This document shows positions 9,646 through 19,071 of a stretch of 64,000 bases of DNA, in pieces. The DNA lies in contig CAKZJB010000081.1 in the NCBI GenBank assembly GCA_936940865.1, forward strand, positions 6,899 to 70,898, in the 5' to 3' direction. Numbering within the stretch: the stretch's first letter is position 1; the number at the start of each line of letters is the position of its first letter. The stretch comes from an uncultured Asticcacaulis sp. GTDB lineage: Bacteria > Pseudomonadota > Alphaproteobacteria > Caulobacterales > Caulobacteraceae. The notes beneath the pieces are model-generated. The model saw nothing but the letters and a program-made list of their open reading frames with translations, did not search any database and was not told the DNA's origin. The position numbers were made by a program, and so were the translations under genes.

Positions 9646-10280
9646 CGTTAATCGAACGCTGGCAGGATACGCTGAAGACCCTGCCACTGGTCGCGATCCT
9701 GCGCGGCATTACCCCGGCGGAAGCCCTGAGCGTCGGCGAGCAGATCGTTGCCGCCGGCTTCAAGGTGCTGGAGGTGCCGCTCAACTCGCCCGAGCCGTTC
9801 GAAAGCATCAAACTGATGGCCGAGGCATTCGGCAAGGACGCCATCGTCGGGGCCGGCACGGTGCTGAAGGTCGAGGACGTCGATCGTCTGGCCGAAGTCG
9901 GCGGGCAGATCTGCATCTCGCCCAACGCCAATCCGGCCGTCATCCGCCGCGCCAAGGACCTTGGCCTGATCTCGTTTCCGGCCTTTTTCACGGCGACCGA
10001 AGCCTTCATGGCGATCGACGCCGGTGCCGATGCGCTCAAGCTGTTCCCCGCCGAGCTGGCGGGCGTCAAGGGCCTGAAGGCGCTGAAGGCGATCCTGCCA
10101 AAGGATATGCCGGTGTTTCCGGTCGGCGGCGTCGAGCCCGGCAATATGAAGGAATATCTCGATGTCGGCGCCGCCGGTTTCGGTATCGGGTCGAGCGTCT
10201 ATAAGCCCGGCGACACGGCCGGGATCGCGTTCGGCAAGGCCAGGGCGTTCACGGACGCGTGGAAGGCCCTGGGGCGGTAG
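9642..10280 (+). CDS. dgoA: 2-dehydro-3-deoxy-6-phosphogalactonate aldolase
   Basis: LPLVAILRGITP.EAL, GF..LEVPLNSP, GAGTVL and FPVGGV match DgoA/Eda-family aldolases. ATG 9642 overlaps the dgoK stop (ATGA), which suggests translational coupling. Confidence 0.85.
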   Translation: MTLIERWQDTLKTLPLVAILRGITPAEALSVGEQIVAAGFKVLEVPLNSPEPFESIKLMAEAFGKDAIVGAGTVLKVEDVDRLAEVGGQICISPNANPAVIRRAKDLGLISFPAFFTATEAFMAIDAGADALKLFPAELAGVKGLKALKAILPKDMPVFPVGGVEPGNMKEYLDVGAAGFGIGSSVYKPGDTAGIAFGKARAFTDAWKALGR

Positions 10281-10362
10281 CCCCCTACGGCGTCAAGCGA
10301 TGTTTCGCGCCTTTGGGCTTCAGCGCGGCCGTTTCCTTTTCAGGTTTTCGGGGCCGGAGCCG

Positions 10363-11661
10363 TTAAGCCGCAACCACCCGCAATCGCCGTTTCGGCTGCG
10401 CCGCTGGCTCCGCCGCCCGCTCGGTGCTGTCGACATCGCCGGGCAGGCTCAGCTTGACGAAGACCATCACCGCCAGGCACCAGTGCAGGTCGTTCCAGCC
10501 CAGCGCCATGCTTTCCGTCACGGTTGCCAGCGAATATATCCCGATCAAAGGCAAGGCAAAGACGCCACCGTCGCCGCGCCACGTGCGGTAAAAGCCCTTA
10601 AGCCACATTTCGGCGAACAGGCACGACCACACGGTCAAACCGACGCGCCCCATGCCCAGCCAGACCTCGAACCACGCCGAGTGCGCGTGATACGGCCGGA
10701 AACCCGCCACATGGACGATCTTGGCCAGCGGGGCAAACGGATCGGTGTCGGTCCACACCACGCCGTAGCCGTAGCCCAGCAACGGCCGTTCGGCGACCAC
10801 CCGCCGGATGCCATCCCAGATGAAGGTCCGTCCCGTCAGTGTCGGATCCTTGCCCAGCAGCAGGAAAAGCTGGTCGGGCGCCGCCAGGGCAAAGCCCGCC
10901 AGGGCCAGCACGGCGCAGACGGCCAGCCAGGTCATGATGATGCCGGTGACCGGCCCCCTGCCCGTCAGGTACACGAAGCTTACGCCCGCCACGCCGATCA
11001 GGGTCGAGACCAGGGCCGTCTTCGAGGTCGACATCAGCATGACGAAGACCATGGCGGCCGATACGCCCCACCAGAACCAGCGCCGCGCCGGGTTGTGGAT
11101 CGCCGCCGCCGCGCACGCCGTGAAACCGATCGCCATATAGGTGCCCAGCATGTTCTTTTCGATCCAAACGCCGCGCCAGGCGCCGGGGAACAGGGTCTGC
11201 ATCTTGCCCATCATCGGAAAGGCGACGGCCAGAACGACCGACGCAGCCATCATCAGGCCGAACGCGACCGCCAGCAGTTCCGACAGCCGCTTCCACGAAA
11301 ACCGCGACGCCAGGGCGTAGGCGCAGAGAATCGTCATGAACAGGGCGACCAGCCTTCGCTCGGTGCCCGACGGATCGATCGACCACAGGATCGAGGCCGC
11401 GCACAGCCCGAACAGGCCCAGCAGGGTCGCCGTCCGCCAGGTGGCGTCGAGCAGCCGCAGCCCCCCGCGCCACGCCAGGAACATGCCGCACAGATAGAAG
11501 GGATAGTAGAAGTTGCGCATCAACGCGCCGGCCGCATCGCTCTGCTGGTCGTTATAGCCGAAGAGCGGGGCCTGCCAGGCGGCGGAAAAGGCGACGATGA
11601 CGGCGATCCCGCACAGGAGCGACACCCAGGCGTCGCGCCAGTCGTCGATGAAGCCTTTCAC
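10363..11661 (-). CDS. Wzy/O-antigen-ligase-family polysaccharide polymerase (HfsC-like by synteny)
   Basis: 432 aa with about 10-12 hydrophobic helices and a large loop, typical of the Wzy_C family. Its GTG start at 11661 overlaps the upstream stop (GTGA). Confidence 0.7.
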   Translation of the reverse strand: MKGFIDDWRDAWVSLLCGIAVIVAFSAAWQAPLFGYNDQQSDAAGALMRNFYYPFYLCGMFLAWRGGLRLLDATWRTATLLGLFGLCAASILWSIDPSGTERRLVALFMTILCAYALASRFSWKRLSELLAVAFGLMMAASVVLAVAFPMMGKMQTLFPGAWRGVWIEKNMLGTYMAIGFTACAAAAIHNPARRWFWWGVSAAMVFVMLMSTSKTALVSTLIGVAGVSFVYLTGRGPVTGIIMTWLAVCAVLALAGFALAAPDQLFLLLGKDPTLTGRTFIWDGIRRVVAERPLLGYGYGVVWTDTDPFAPLAKIVHVAGFRPYHAHSAWFEVWLGMGRVGLTVWSCLFAEMWLKGFYRTWRGDGGVFALPLIGIYSLATVTESMALGWNDLHWCLAVMVFVKLSLPGDVDSTERAAEPAAQPKRRLRVVAA

Positions 11662-12374
11662 AGCACCGCCACCCCGCCGAACGGGCGGCGAAGCGCGGTC
11701 TTCGAAGGCTGGCGGGCGCGGTTGTAGACCAGGCCCAGAACCCGGCCGCCGACCTGTTCCAGGTCGTTCTTAAGATTGATGCGCGCCTGGACGTCGCCAT
11801 TGTCCTCGCTGACCACCATGACGACGCCGTCCATCAGGGGCGCCAGTTGCAACGCCGCCGGGGACCGGTCCATGGCCGGGGCGTCGACGATGATGCTTTC
11901 GGCGTGGCGGCGCAGGGCCTGCCAGTAGGTGGTGCGGTCGAACAGCTTGACGCGCTGGCCGGGCGCCATGTTTTTCGCCCGGAAGCGCGTCACCCACAGA
12001 CGGCGATCGAGGAAGGCGCGCGCCACCAGGTATTTTTCGTCCGGGATGGGCGCGCCCGTGGCGTCGTGGCCGTGCGGCGACAGTGTGAAAAACGCCGAAC
12101 CATCCGGCGTGGCGCGCGACAGCGGCCCCGGCGGGCCGAAGCGGGCCGTGTCCTGGCCCATTTCCAGCATCTGGCTCTGGGCGTGCAGGTCGGCATCGAC
12201 CAGCCAGACGGGCTTGCGCGCAAAGGCGGCCTCGCAGCGGGCATATTCGCGGGCGACGGTCGACACGCCCTCGCCGGAACAGGCGCTGACGAACAGCAGC
12301 GCGCGGCCGGTCTTGCCCTGCGGCCGTCCCAGCGCCGACATCAGGTCGGCCATTTCCTTCGTCAGGTCGACCAT
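11658..12374 (-). CDS. ExoP/Wzc C-terminal ATPase-like protein with degenerate Walker A (HfsB-like by synteny)
   Basis: LLFVSACSGEGVSTVAREYA sits where a BY-kinase has GxGKST, followed by WLVDADL (Walker A'-like). ATG 12374 overlaps the PCP stop (ATGA), so I prefer the 238-aa form to the track start at 12500. Confidence 0.6.
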   Translation of the reverse strand: MVDLTKEMADLMSALGRPQGKTGRALLFVSACSGEGVSTVAREYARCEAAFARKPVWLVDADLHAQSQMLEMGQDTARFGPPGPLSRATPDGSAFFTLSPHGHDATGAPIPDEKYLVARAFLDRRLWVTRFRAKNMAPGQRVKLFDRTTYWQALRRHAESIIVDAPAMDRSPAALQLAPLMDGVVMVVSEDNGDVQARINLKNDLEQVGGRVLGLVYNRARQPSKTALRRPFGGVAVL

Positions 12375-13969
12375 CACGCGACCTTCATCGGAGACGGCTT
12401 TACCGGCGCCTGCGCCAGCACCGGCAGGTCCAGCGCCTTGCCGGCCATGTCGGCCGAGGCGAAACCCTTGCGCGTATAGACGCGCAGCAGGCCGGCGCAC
12501 AGGGCGGTAAAGGCAGAGAACAGGAAGGCCATGATCAGCACGACGCGCTTCAGGCTTTTCGGCTTGTCCGGCAGCGACGCCTTTTCGACCACGCGGACGG
12601 CATCCTCGGCGCGGCGGGTCATGTCCTGCTGTGCTTCGTTTTCCTGGATACGGCGGGCGAAGGTCTTGATATTGGCCTGCAGTGCGTCGCGTTCGGCCGC
12701 CAGGGCGTTGTTGGTCGGTTCGATGCCAAGGAGGTTTTGCAGGCGGCGCGTAATTTCATCCGCCTGCGCCTGCAGTTGCGCCTCGCGGCCCGAAAGGGAC
12801 GCCAGTTCGGCCTCGATCGCCATCTTGGCGGTCACCTGCGTCTGGTAGATGGGGTTGGCGCCCAGCTTGTGGTCCTTTTCGCCGATGCCGCCGCCCGACG
12901 TCATCAGGCTTTGCAGGGATGCGATCTGGGCGTCGAGATCCTTGATCGGCTGGGCGTCCGGCAGGTAACGCGCCAGCATTTCCTGCCGCTGCTGTTTCAG
13001 GGCCAGTATCCGCGTCGGGATCGACAGGTCGAGATTGCGCTCGACGCTCATTTCGGGGCTTAAGCCCGTCAGGCTCTTGTTGAGCTCGGCCAGCTTGGCC
13101 CGGTCGGTCGCCATCTGCGAGCGCGTGGTGAACAGGTCGGCCGTCACCTGGTCGTAGATCTTGGTATAGGTGGCGCGCGCCGTATCGAAATCGCCGACGC
13201 CGTTGGCCGCCAGGAAATCGCGATACTGGTTGTCGACATCGGCCAGCTTCTGGTCGAAGGCGTCCTTTTGCTTTTGCAGCAGGGGACCGACCGCATCGGA
13301 ATAGACTTCGAGGCGGTAGGCCTGGTATTCGTCGACCAGGGTATTGAGGATCAACGCCGCCGACATGGCGTTGTCGTGCTTGAAGCTGAGCTTGACCACA
13401 TTGCTGAGCGGCGCCGACGCGGTGCCGAGCCCGGCCGCCAGCACCTTGACCGCCGCCGCGTCCGCCGCCTCGATGTCCTTCGGCGTCTTCGGATTCCAGT
13501 ATTTCGGCGCCTTGGGCAGGACGATCTTGTACCCGACCTTGTGAATGACCCGCTTCTTCAGTTCCTGCGAATTGAGGATCTCGACTTCCGACTGCACCAC
13601 CTGGTCGATGGTGGCGATGGCGCCGGCCGCCTTGTCGCCGGCCAGGGGGTCGTAGACATAGTCCTTGTTGAGCTGCATCAACAGGCTGGCATTGGCGGTG
13701 TAGGTCGACGGCATCGACAGGGCCGCGGCCACGCCAAGCCCCAGCAGCACGCAGAAGACGGCTGCCATCAGCACGACTTCGCGCTTCAGAAGCGCGGCAA
13801 TATCGGCCGGCGCCAGGTGCGCCGCCGCCTGTCCCTTCATCATGCCGTTCCCTGCTCGTCCGCGGCGGATATCGCCTGCACGACCGATCGGCACGACCTT
13901 TTCGTCGTCCTCGTCATTCAGCCATGCATCGCCAGACTGCATCGAGTCTATAGTCCCTGCCAACGCCAA
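12374..13969 (-). CDS. Polysaccharide co-polymerase (Wzz/GumC/ExoP N-terminal type; HfsA-like by synteny)
   Basis: 531 aa with an N-terminal TM (VVLMAAVFCVLLGLGVAAAL), a long coiled-coil periplasmic region and a C-terminal TM (VVLIMAFLFSAFTALCAGLL). The start codon is uncertain. Confidence 0.75.
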   Translation of the reverse strand: MALAGTIDSMQSGDAWLNDEDDEKVVPIGRAGDIRRGRAGNGMMKGQAAAHLAPADIAALLKREVVLMAAVFCVLLGLGVAAALSMPSTYTANASLLMQLNKDYVYDPLAGDKAAGAIATIDQVVQSEVEILNSQELKKRVIHKVGYKIVLPKAPKYWNPKTPKDIEAADAAAVKVLAAGLGTASAPLSNVVKLSFKHDNAMSAALILNTLVDEYQAYRLEVYSDAVGPLLQKQKDAFDQKLADVDNQYRDFLAANGVGDFDTARATYTKIYDQVTADLFTTRSQMATDRAKLAELNKSLTGLSPEMSVERNLDLSIPTRILALKQQRQEMLARYLPDAQPIKDLDAQIASLQSLMTSGGGIGEKDHKLGANPIYQTQVTAKMAIEAELASLSGREAQLQAQADEITRRLQNLLGIEPTNNALAAERDALQANIKTFARRIQENEAQQDMTRRAEDAVRVVEKASLPDKPKSLKRVVLIMAFLFSAFTALCAGLLRVYTRKGFASADMAGKALDLPVLAQAPVKPSPMKVA

Positions 13970-14094
13970 TTAACCACGCATGACCCCGCGCGGCATATTT
14001 CGTTAACCTAGTTTGCAATCCGTTAACCAAGCTTTACCGCTTGGCCGTCTAGGATGGGGGAAAGATCAATTTTTCGGACGATGCAGGCGGTCAG

Positions 14095-14799
14095 ATGATA
14101 ACGCGCAGAGGCTTCTTTGTCGGCATGGCGGCGGGACTGGCCGCGGCCCCTGCCCTCGTCCGCGCGCAACAGCCCGAAGCGCCGCTCATCCGCTTTTCCG
14201 ACTGGCAGGACGACGAGCCCTTCTACCTCTTCTATCCCGGCGACAAGATCGAGGTGAACTTCGCCTCGGCGCCGGAACTGAGCCGCCAGACCCAGGTCGG
14301 TCCGGACGGACGCATCACCCTGGCCGCCATCGGTCAGGTCATGGCCGCCTTCAAATCCGTGCCCGAGCTCCAGGCCGAAATCTCGCAGCGCGCGGCCGCC
14401 GTGCTGCGCAATCCGGCGGTCACCGTCTTCCCGGGCGACGCCGGCCCGACCCGCGTCATGGTGGGCGGCGAGGTCAAGAGCCCGGGATGGGTCGACATGA
14501 TGGGCGATATCGATGCGCTCCAGGCCATCATGGCGGCCGGCGGCTTCCTGCATTCGGCGAAATCGCACCAGGTGGTCATCATCCGCCGCGGCCGCCAGGG
14601 CCAGGCCATGCGCCGGGTCATCGACGTGCAGGACATGCTGAACGGCCGCTCGAGCCAGATGGTGGCGCTCAGGCGCTTCGACATCGTCTTCGTGCCGCGC
14701 ACCAATGTCGCCGAAGCCGGCGTCTTCGTCGAACAGTGGGTCAACAACCTGATCCCGGGTGGAATTTTGAACTACTTCACCTACCGGACGTTCAATTGA
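14095..14799 (+). CDS. Outer-membrane polysaccharide export protein (Wza/OPX; HfsD-like by synteny)
   Basis: Tat-like signal MITRRGFFVGMAAGLAAAPALVRA, a Poly_export motif region (YPGDKIEVNF...GPDGRITL..IGQV.A) and an SLBB-like VMVGGEVKSPG. It is divergent from the PCP operon. Confidence 0.8.
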   Translation: MITRRGFFVGMAAGLAAAPALVRAQQPEAPLIRFSDWQDDEPFYLFYPGDKIEVNFASAPELSRQTQVGPDGRITLAAIGQVMAAFKSVPELQAEISQRAAAVLRNPAVTVFPGDAGPTRVMVGGEVKSPGWVDMMGDIDALQAIMAAGGFLHSAKSHQVVIIRRGRQGQAMRRVIDVQDMLNGRSSQMVALRRFDIVFVPRTNVAEAGVFVEQWVNNLIPGGILNYFTYRTFN

Positions 14800-14927
14800 G
14801 ACAAGCGATTCCGCTGCGAACGACTTCATGCCCGCCTGGCGGTATGGCCGTCCGACGGCTGACGATTGCGCGGAATCGGACAATGGGCTAGAGGCGGAAA
14901 GGATCAGCGCACACCAGACAAGGGCCG

Positions 14928-16154
14928 ATGCGGAAAGCCAGCCTCGCCGAAACACCGTCGACAGAGCCCCCGCCGGACGCGGAATCGCCCCAGGCGCGGC
15001 TGCTGGAAGCCGTTTCCGGCCTGTGGGCCAGCCACGGGCGCGGACGGATGTCGGCGCGCCAGACGGCTGCCCTGGCCGGCGTGACGACCTCGCTGATCAA
15101 TTATCACTTCGGCTCCTTCGAGCGCCTTCTGGAGGCCTCGTTCCGCGACCTGGCCGAACGGACGCAGGCCTGGTGGCAATCCCGGCTGGCCGAACTCGAC
15201 GGCGTGGGACGGCTCGACGCGGATGCCGGCGGCTTCGTCCTGGCCAGCCTGATAGACAGCCTTTGTACCTCGGAACGCGCCGTGACCTTCGCCTGGTTCG
15301 AATGCAATGCCATGGCGACGCGCGATCCGGCCTTCCTGCCGGTGGCCGGCGCCTGGCACGGCGTCTGGCGCGATGCCTGGACCGCGGTCGCCGCGCACGT
15401 TCTTCCGCCGGAAGCGGCCGATCTGCTCTATCCGTTCGCCGACGGAGAGCTGTGCCTGCATCGCATCGCCTGGAAACCGGCGCTGGACCGGGCTTGCCTG
15501 TTCGAGACCTGCGCGACCTGGGTGCGGATGGTGACGGAGGGGAAGACGGGGCCGATGGCGCTGCGCGAAACCCTTCGCAAAGCGTGCGAAAACCCGGCGC
15601 CGGTCCCGTGGACGGACGATTCGCCCGAGGCGGCGATCGCCCTGGCGGCAGCGGATATTGTCGGAAAATCAGGAATTGGCGGCGTTACGCACCGCGCCGT
15701 CGCGGCAGCGGCCGGGTTGAGCCTGGGGGTGGTCAGCTACCACTTCCCGACGGCCGAAGGCCTGGTCCACGCCGCATTTGCCGCCATATACGGCCAGATA
15801 ATCGGAGCCGACCAAAGGCCCGCACAGCCCGTACCGGCCGAGGCCTATGCGGCGGGGGTCGGCCGGCTGGTCGCCCACCCGGACGCACAGTCGAACTTCC
15901 TCTCGCTCGATGAATTCACGGGCGCCGTGGCGCGCGATCCGCTGCTGGCGCGATTCGGCGGCACGCTGCGCTATACGCGGGGCCGGACGCTGTCGCGGAC
16001 GCTGACGGGACTGCCGTCGCCGCTTGCCGGCGCGCTGATATCGTCGTCGACCAACGGCCTGATCCGCCAGGCGCGCTTCGTCGCGCAAGCCGATCGCGAG
16101 GCCTGGGCCGAAACCCTTTGCCTGAAGCTGCTCAGGAACGTGCTGAAGGCCTGA
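14928..16154 (+). CDS. Tandem-duplicated TetR-family regulator (two HTH plus ligand-domain modules in one chain)
   Basis: There are two TetR HTH signatures: SARQTAALAGVTTSLINYHFGSFERLLEASF (about aa 40-70) and THRAVAAAAGLSLGVVSYHFPTAEGLVHAAF (about aa 245-275). Confidence 0.7.
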   Translation: MRKASLAETPSTEPPPDAESPQARLLEAVSGLWASHGRGRMSARQTAALAGVTTSLINYHFGSFERLLEASFRDLAERTQAWWQSRLAELDGVGRLDADAGGFVLASLIDSLCTSERAVTFAWFECNAMATRDPAFLPVAGAWHGVWRDAWTAVAAHVLPPEAADLLYPFADGELCLHRIAWKPALDRACLFETCATWVRMVTEGKTGPMALRETLRKACENPAPVPWTDDSPEAAIALAAADIVGKSGIGGVTHRAVAAAAGLSLGVVSYHFPTAEGLVHAAFAAIYGQIIGADQRPAQPVPAEAYAAGVGRLVAHPDAQSNFLSLDEFTGAVARDPLLARFGGTLRYTRGRTLSRTLTGLPSPLAGALISSSTNGLIRQARFVAQADREAWAETLCLKLLRNVLKA

Positions 16155-16299
16155 CCTCTTCCAGCGGCGATTGGCTTGGCCCGATCGCCGTTGGCGAGCG
16201 CGACTGCGCGCCCGAGGCTTTGCGCTCAAGCAGCGAAGCGACAGCGCTTCGCAATGGGCGAGGAGCCCTGTGGCGTTTAAACGCGCAATACCACCGGTA

Positions 16300-16581
16300 T
16301 TACGCGGCGAAGCCTATACGGCCCTGGTCCAGCCACTGGCGCGCGGCGCGCTGGGCTTCGGCGATGTCCTCGCGATCCATTTCGCGCGACAGCTCGCGGC
16401 GATAGATCGACGCTTCCATCGAGCCGCGCATGGCCGCCAGGTTGAACATCATGTGCGCCGAGATCATGTCCAGCGGCGCGCCGCCCTGACCGGTCGAATA
16501 CATCATGCCGAGGCGGAAAAGCTCGTCGCCGCTCATGTCGGCGGTGGGGAGCGGAAGCGCGGGGCTTTCGGTCGTCATCAT
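16300..16581 (-). CDS. Small Sel1-repeat protein
   Basis: LFRLGMMYSTGQGGAPLDMISAHMMFNLAAMRGSMEA...AEAQRAARQW fits the Sel1/TPR-like repeat pattern. The track start at 16647 is a TTG; the first ATG is at 16581. Confidence 0.55.
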   Translation of the reverse strand: MMTTESPALPLPTADMSGDELFRLGMMYSTGQGGAPLDMISAHMMFNLAAMRGSMEASIYRRELSREMDREDIAEAQRAARQWLDQGRIGFAA

Positions 16582-17060
16582 TTTGCGTATGCCACGCCGT
16601 TCTGGCGCGTCTCCTTGATCTGATGAGACGATTTCAACATCGGCCAATAAAATTAGAGTTAATAGCGATATTTAGGTTGAATTTTTTATGTAAATAACGC
16701 GTTAAGGTTAAAATTATTCTTAATTATTGGCGCAAACATCACTAATTTTGTGCTAATTTCTAAGTATTATTTGCTTACAAAATCTGAATTACATAATTAT
16801 AGCGATAGCTCCCCGGATTTTCGGCGGTTAACACACCCAGTATCCGGCAGGTGCAGACAGCGCCCGGCAAAGCAAACACAGCCCCGCCCAGGTATTTCCG
16901 TACGCACTCCCCGCCGTTGCGCCGGACGAACACCCCGTTCAGCTTCCGTTCAGGCGGCGGCTGTCATGATCGCGTCAAGACGATAATGGTTATCGCCCAG
17001 CGTCCCAGGTCCGCAAAATCCCCCGCCCAGCGGGTGACCTGGTCTGACAATGAGGACGAA

Positions 17061-18038
17061 ATGACTCGCAAAATGGCAAGGACAGCCGTTTCCAGCCTGG
17101 CCCTTGGCCTGGCGCTGGTCCTGTCGGTCGGCGCCGCAACCGGCGCTTCGGCACAGGATGGCGACCGCAGGAACTATGCGGGACGGCAGCACGCCAACGC
17201 ATCGGGCGAACGCAGCGGCCCGATCTGGCGTGATAACAGCAGCGAACAGCACAATGACAACGGCAACCGCGGCAACTGGGGCGGCAATGATCGCGGCCAA
17301 CGCCCGAGCCAGGGATCGGGGCAGAGTTCCGGCGGCGGCCAGACGCGCGGCGGCGGCTGGAATGGCGGCTCGCACGACAACACCAGCCAGCCGTCCGGCG
17401 GCCAGGTCCCGGGCGGCCAGCCTCACGGAGACCGCGGCAACGGCGCCGGCTGGAATCGCGGCGGCACGGCCGGCTGGACCGGCGGCGGCGACAATCGCGG
17501 CGGATGGAATGGCGGCGGCCATGACAATGACCGTCATGACAATGATCGTCGCGACAACGATCGCCATGACAATGATCGTCGCGACAACGACCGCCATGAC
17601 AACGACCGCCATGACAACGATGGTCGCGGCGGGGGGAATGGCGACCGCGACCGCGGCGGCTGGAACAACGACCGCGACCACGGCGGATGGAACGGCGACC
17701 GCGATCGCGGCGGCTGGAACAACCACGACCGGGATGGCGGACGCCGCTTCGACTACCACAACGACCGGCGCTGGAATGGCTACTCGGGCATTCGCTTCGG
17801 CTTCTATTTCTTCCCGGGCCGGGGCTATTACCACGTGCCGGACCAGTATTACGGCCACCGCTGGATGCGCGGGGAATACCTGCCCCGAATGTTCTACGAC
17901 TATCGCATCTATGACTACGACTATTACGGCCTGCCCGTGCCGCCCTATGGCTGCGCCTGGTTCTTCGTCGGCGAAGACGCGGTCCTGATCGACCTTGGCA
18001 CCGGGGAGGTGCTCGACGTCTGGTACGACGTCTGGTAA
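17061..18038 (+). CDS. Secreted Gly/Asn/Asp/Arg/His-rich protein with a C-terminal RcnB-like domain
   Basis: ATG 17061 with GAGGA upstream and signal peptide MTRKMARTAVSSLALGLALVLSVGAATGASA. A long disordered region carries HDNDR/RDNDR and GGWN repeats. The C-terminus RGEYLPRMFYDYRIYDYDYYGLPVPPYGCAWFFVGEDAVLIDLGTGEVLDV resembles RcnB/YohN. Confidence 0.65.
   Translation: MTRKMARTAVSSLALGLALVLSVGAATGASAQDGDRRNYAGRQHANASGERSGPIWRDNSSEQHNDNGNRGNWGGNDRGQRPSQGSGQSSGGGQTRGGGWNGGSHDNTSQPSGGQVPGGQPHGDRGNGAGWNRGGTAGWTGGGDNRGGWNGGGHDNDRHDNDRRDNDRHDNDRRDNDRHDNDRHDNDGRGGGNGDRDRGGWNNDRDHGGWNGDRDRGGWNNHDRDGGRRFDYHNDRRWNGYSGIRFGFYFFPGRGYYHVPDQYYGHRWMRGEYLPRMFYDYRIYDYDYYGLPVPPYGCAWFFVGEDAVLIDLGTGEVLDVWYDVW
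17520..17624 (+). repeat. Seven tandem 15-nt coding repeats (H/R-D-N-D-R)
   Basis: CATGACAATGACCGT-type units read directly, encoding HDNDRHDNDRRDNDRHDNDRRDNDRHDNDRHDNDG. Confidence 0.85.
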
Positions 18039-18065
18039 CGCCCGCGAGCAGAAACACCCCGAAAA

Positions 18066-18100
18066 ATCCCCGGCGCCCATCGCGCCGGGGATTTTTTGTT
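18066..18100 (+). terminator. Rho-independent terminator
   Basis: Stem ATCCCCGGCGC / GCGCCGGGGAT with a 5-nt loop, followed by TTTTTTG, 28 nt after the stop. Confidence 0.7.
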
Positions 18101-18358
18101 CCAGAATACATGCAATAAAAAGTAAGCAAGTTCCAGTAAAAATTATATAAAATCAGACAACACAGAATGAAACGCCGGAATAAATCCACACCTTTACCCA
18201 TAATTTGCCAAAGCGTCGCCCCAAATTGCCTTACATATTTATCACCTCGCACAGACAATGCTTTCATTGAAGCGAGAGGCGGCTGCAAATGCGCAGCGCC
18301 GTCGCAACGGGGCGGGCACAAGGCTCTCCCCCGAAGACAAGGTCCGAGAGGAAAGCTT

Positions 18359-19018
18359 ATGACGACCATACTCAAAACCACGGCCGTAGCCATCGTCATC
18401 GGCGCCCTGCCGATGATGGCGTCGGCGCAGGCGCTTGGCGGCGCGCTCGGCGGCGCAGGCAATGCCGGCGGCACGGTGAACGGCACGCTGGGCGGCGTGA
18501 ACGGCGCCGTCCAGGGCACGGGCAGCGCTACCGGTTCGGTCAACAGCACCGTCCCCGACGACGTCGCCGGAGCGGCGCAGGACACGGCCAATACCGTCCG
18601 CTCCGACGCCCGCACCCTGCACAAGCAGACGCGCGACATGGCGGACCAGGCGCGTGACGCAGCCCGGAATACGGCCCAGGCCAACGGCGGCGTGACAGGG
18701 ACAGCCGCCGGCGCCGTCAATGGCTCGACACAGGGCGTGAACGGCTCGGCCGACGCCACCCTGGGGGCCTACGGCAGCACCACGCTCAATCCCAATCCCG
18801 CCGCCCGCGCCGCCGGCAACGCCGCCACCACCGCGACGGGCGACGCCAGAACGCTGGGCAACCAGGCCGCCACGGCCGCCGGCAACGTCACGGGCGCCGT
18901 AACGAACAGCTCGACGGACGCCACGGTCTCCGGATCGGGCAGCGCCGGCGTCACCGGTTACACGACGCAGACCGGCACGGCCGGGCCCCATCTCAAGACC
19001 GGCAAGCACAAGGGCTGA
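18359..19018 (+). CDS. Secreted Gly/Ala/Thr/Asn-rich low-complexity protein
   Basis: ATG 18359 with GAGAGGAAAG upstream and signal peptide MTTILKTTAVAIVIGALPMMASAQA. Degenerate GTVNG/GAVNG repeats. No recognisable domain. Confidence 0.5.
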   Translation: MTTILKTTAVAIVIGALPMMASAQALGGALGGAGNAGGTVNGTLGGVNGAVQGTGSATGSVNSTVPDDVAGAAQDTANTVRSDARTLHKQTRDMADQARDAARNTAQANGGVTGTAAGAVNGSTQGVNGSADATLGAYGSTTLNPNPAARAAGNAATTATGDARTLGNQAATAAGNVTGAVTNSSTDATVSGSGSAGVTGYTTQTGTAGPHLKTGKHKG

Positions 19019-19071
19019 GGGGGCCGCACGGATTTCAGTACCCGCGTTTTAACAATGGAAAGGGTAAGATT

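Noticed and set aside
13970-14094. CtrA box in the hfs-like divergent promoter
   Set aside because: TTAA motifs occur within CGTTAACC repeats, but the spacing is 18 nt rather than 7. It is reported only as direct repeats.
16850-17060. NiCo or other metal riboswitch in the leader of the RcnB-like gene
   Set aside because: I could not match any conserved riboswitch core by eye. It is kept only as an unexplained long leader in the findings.
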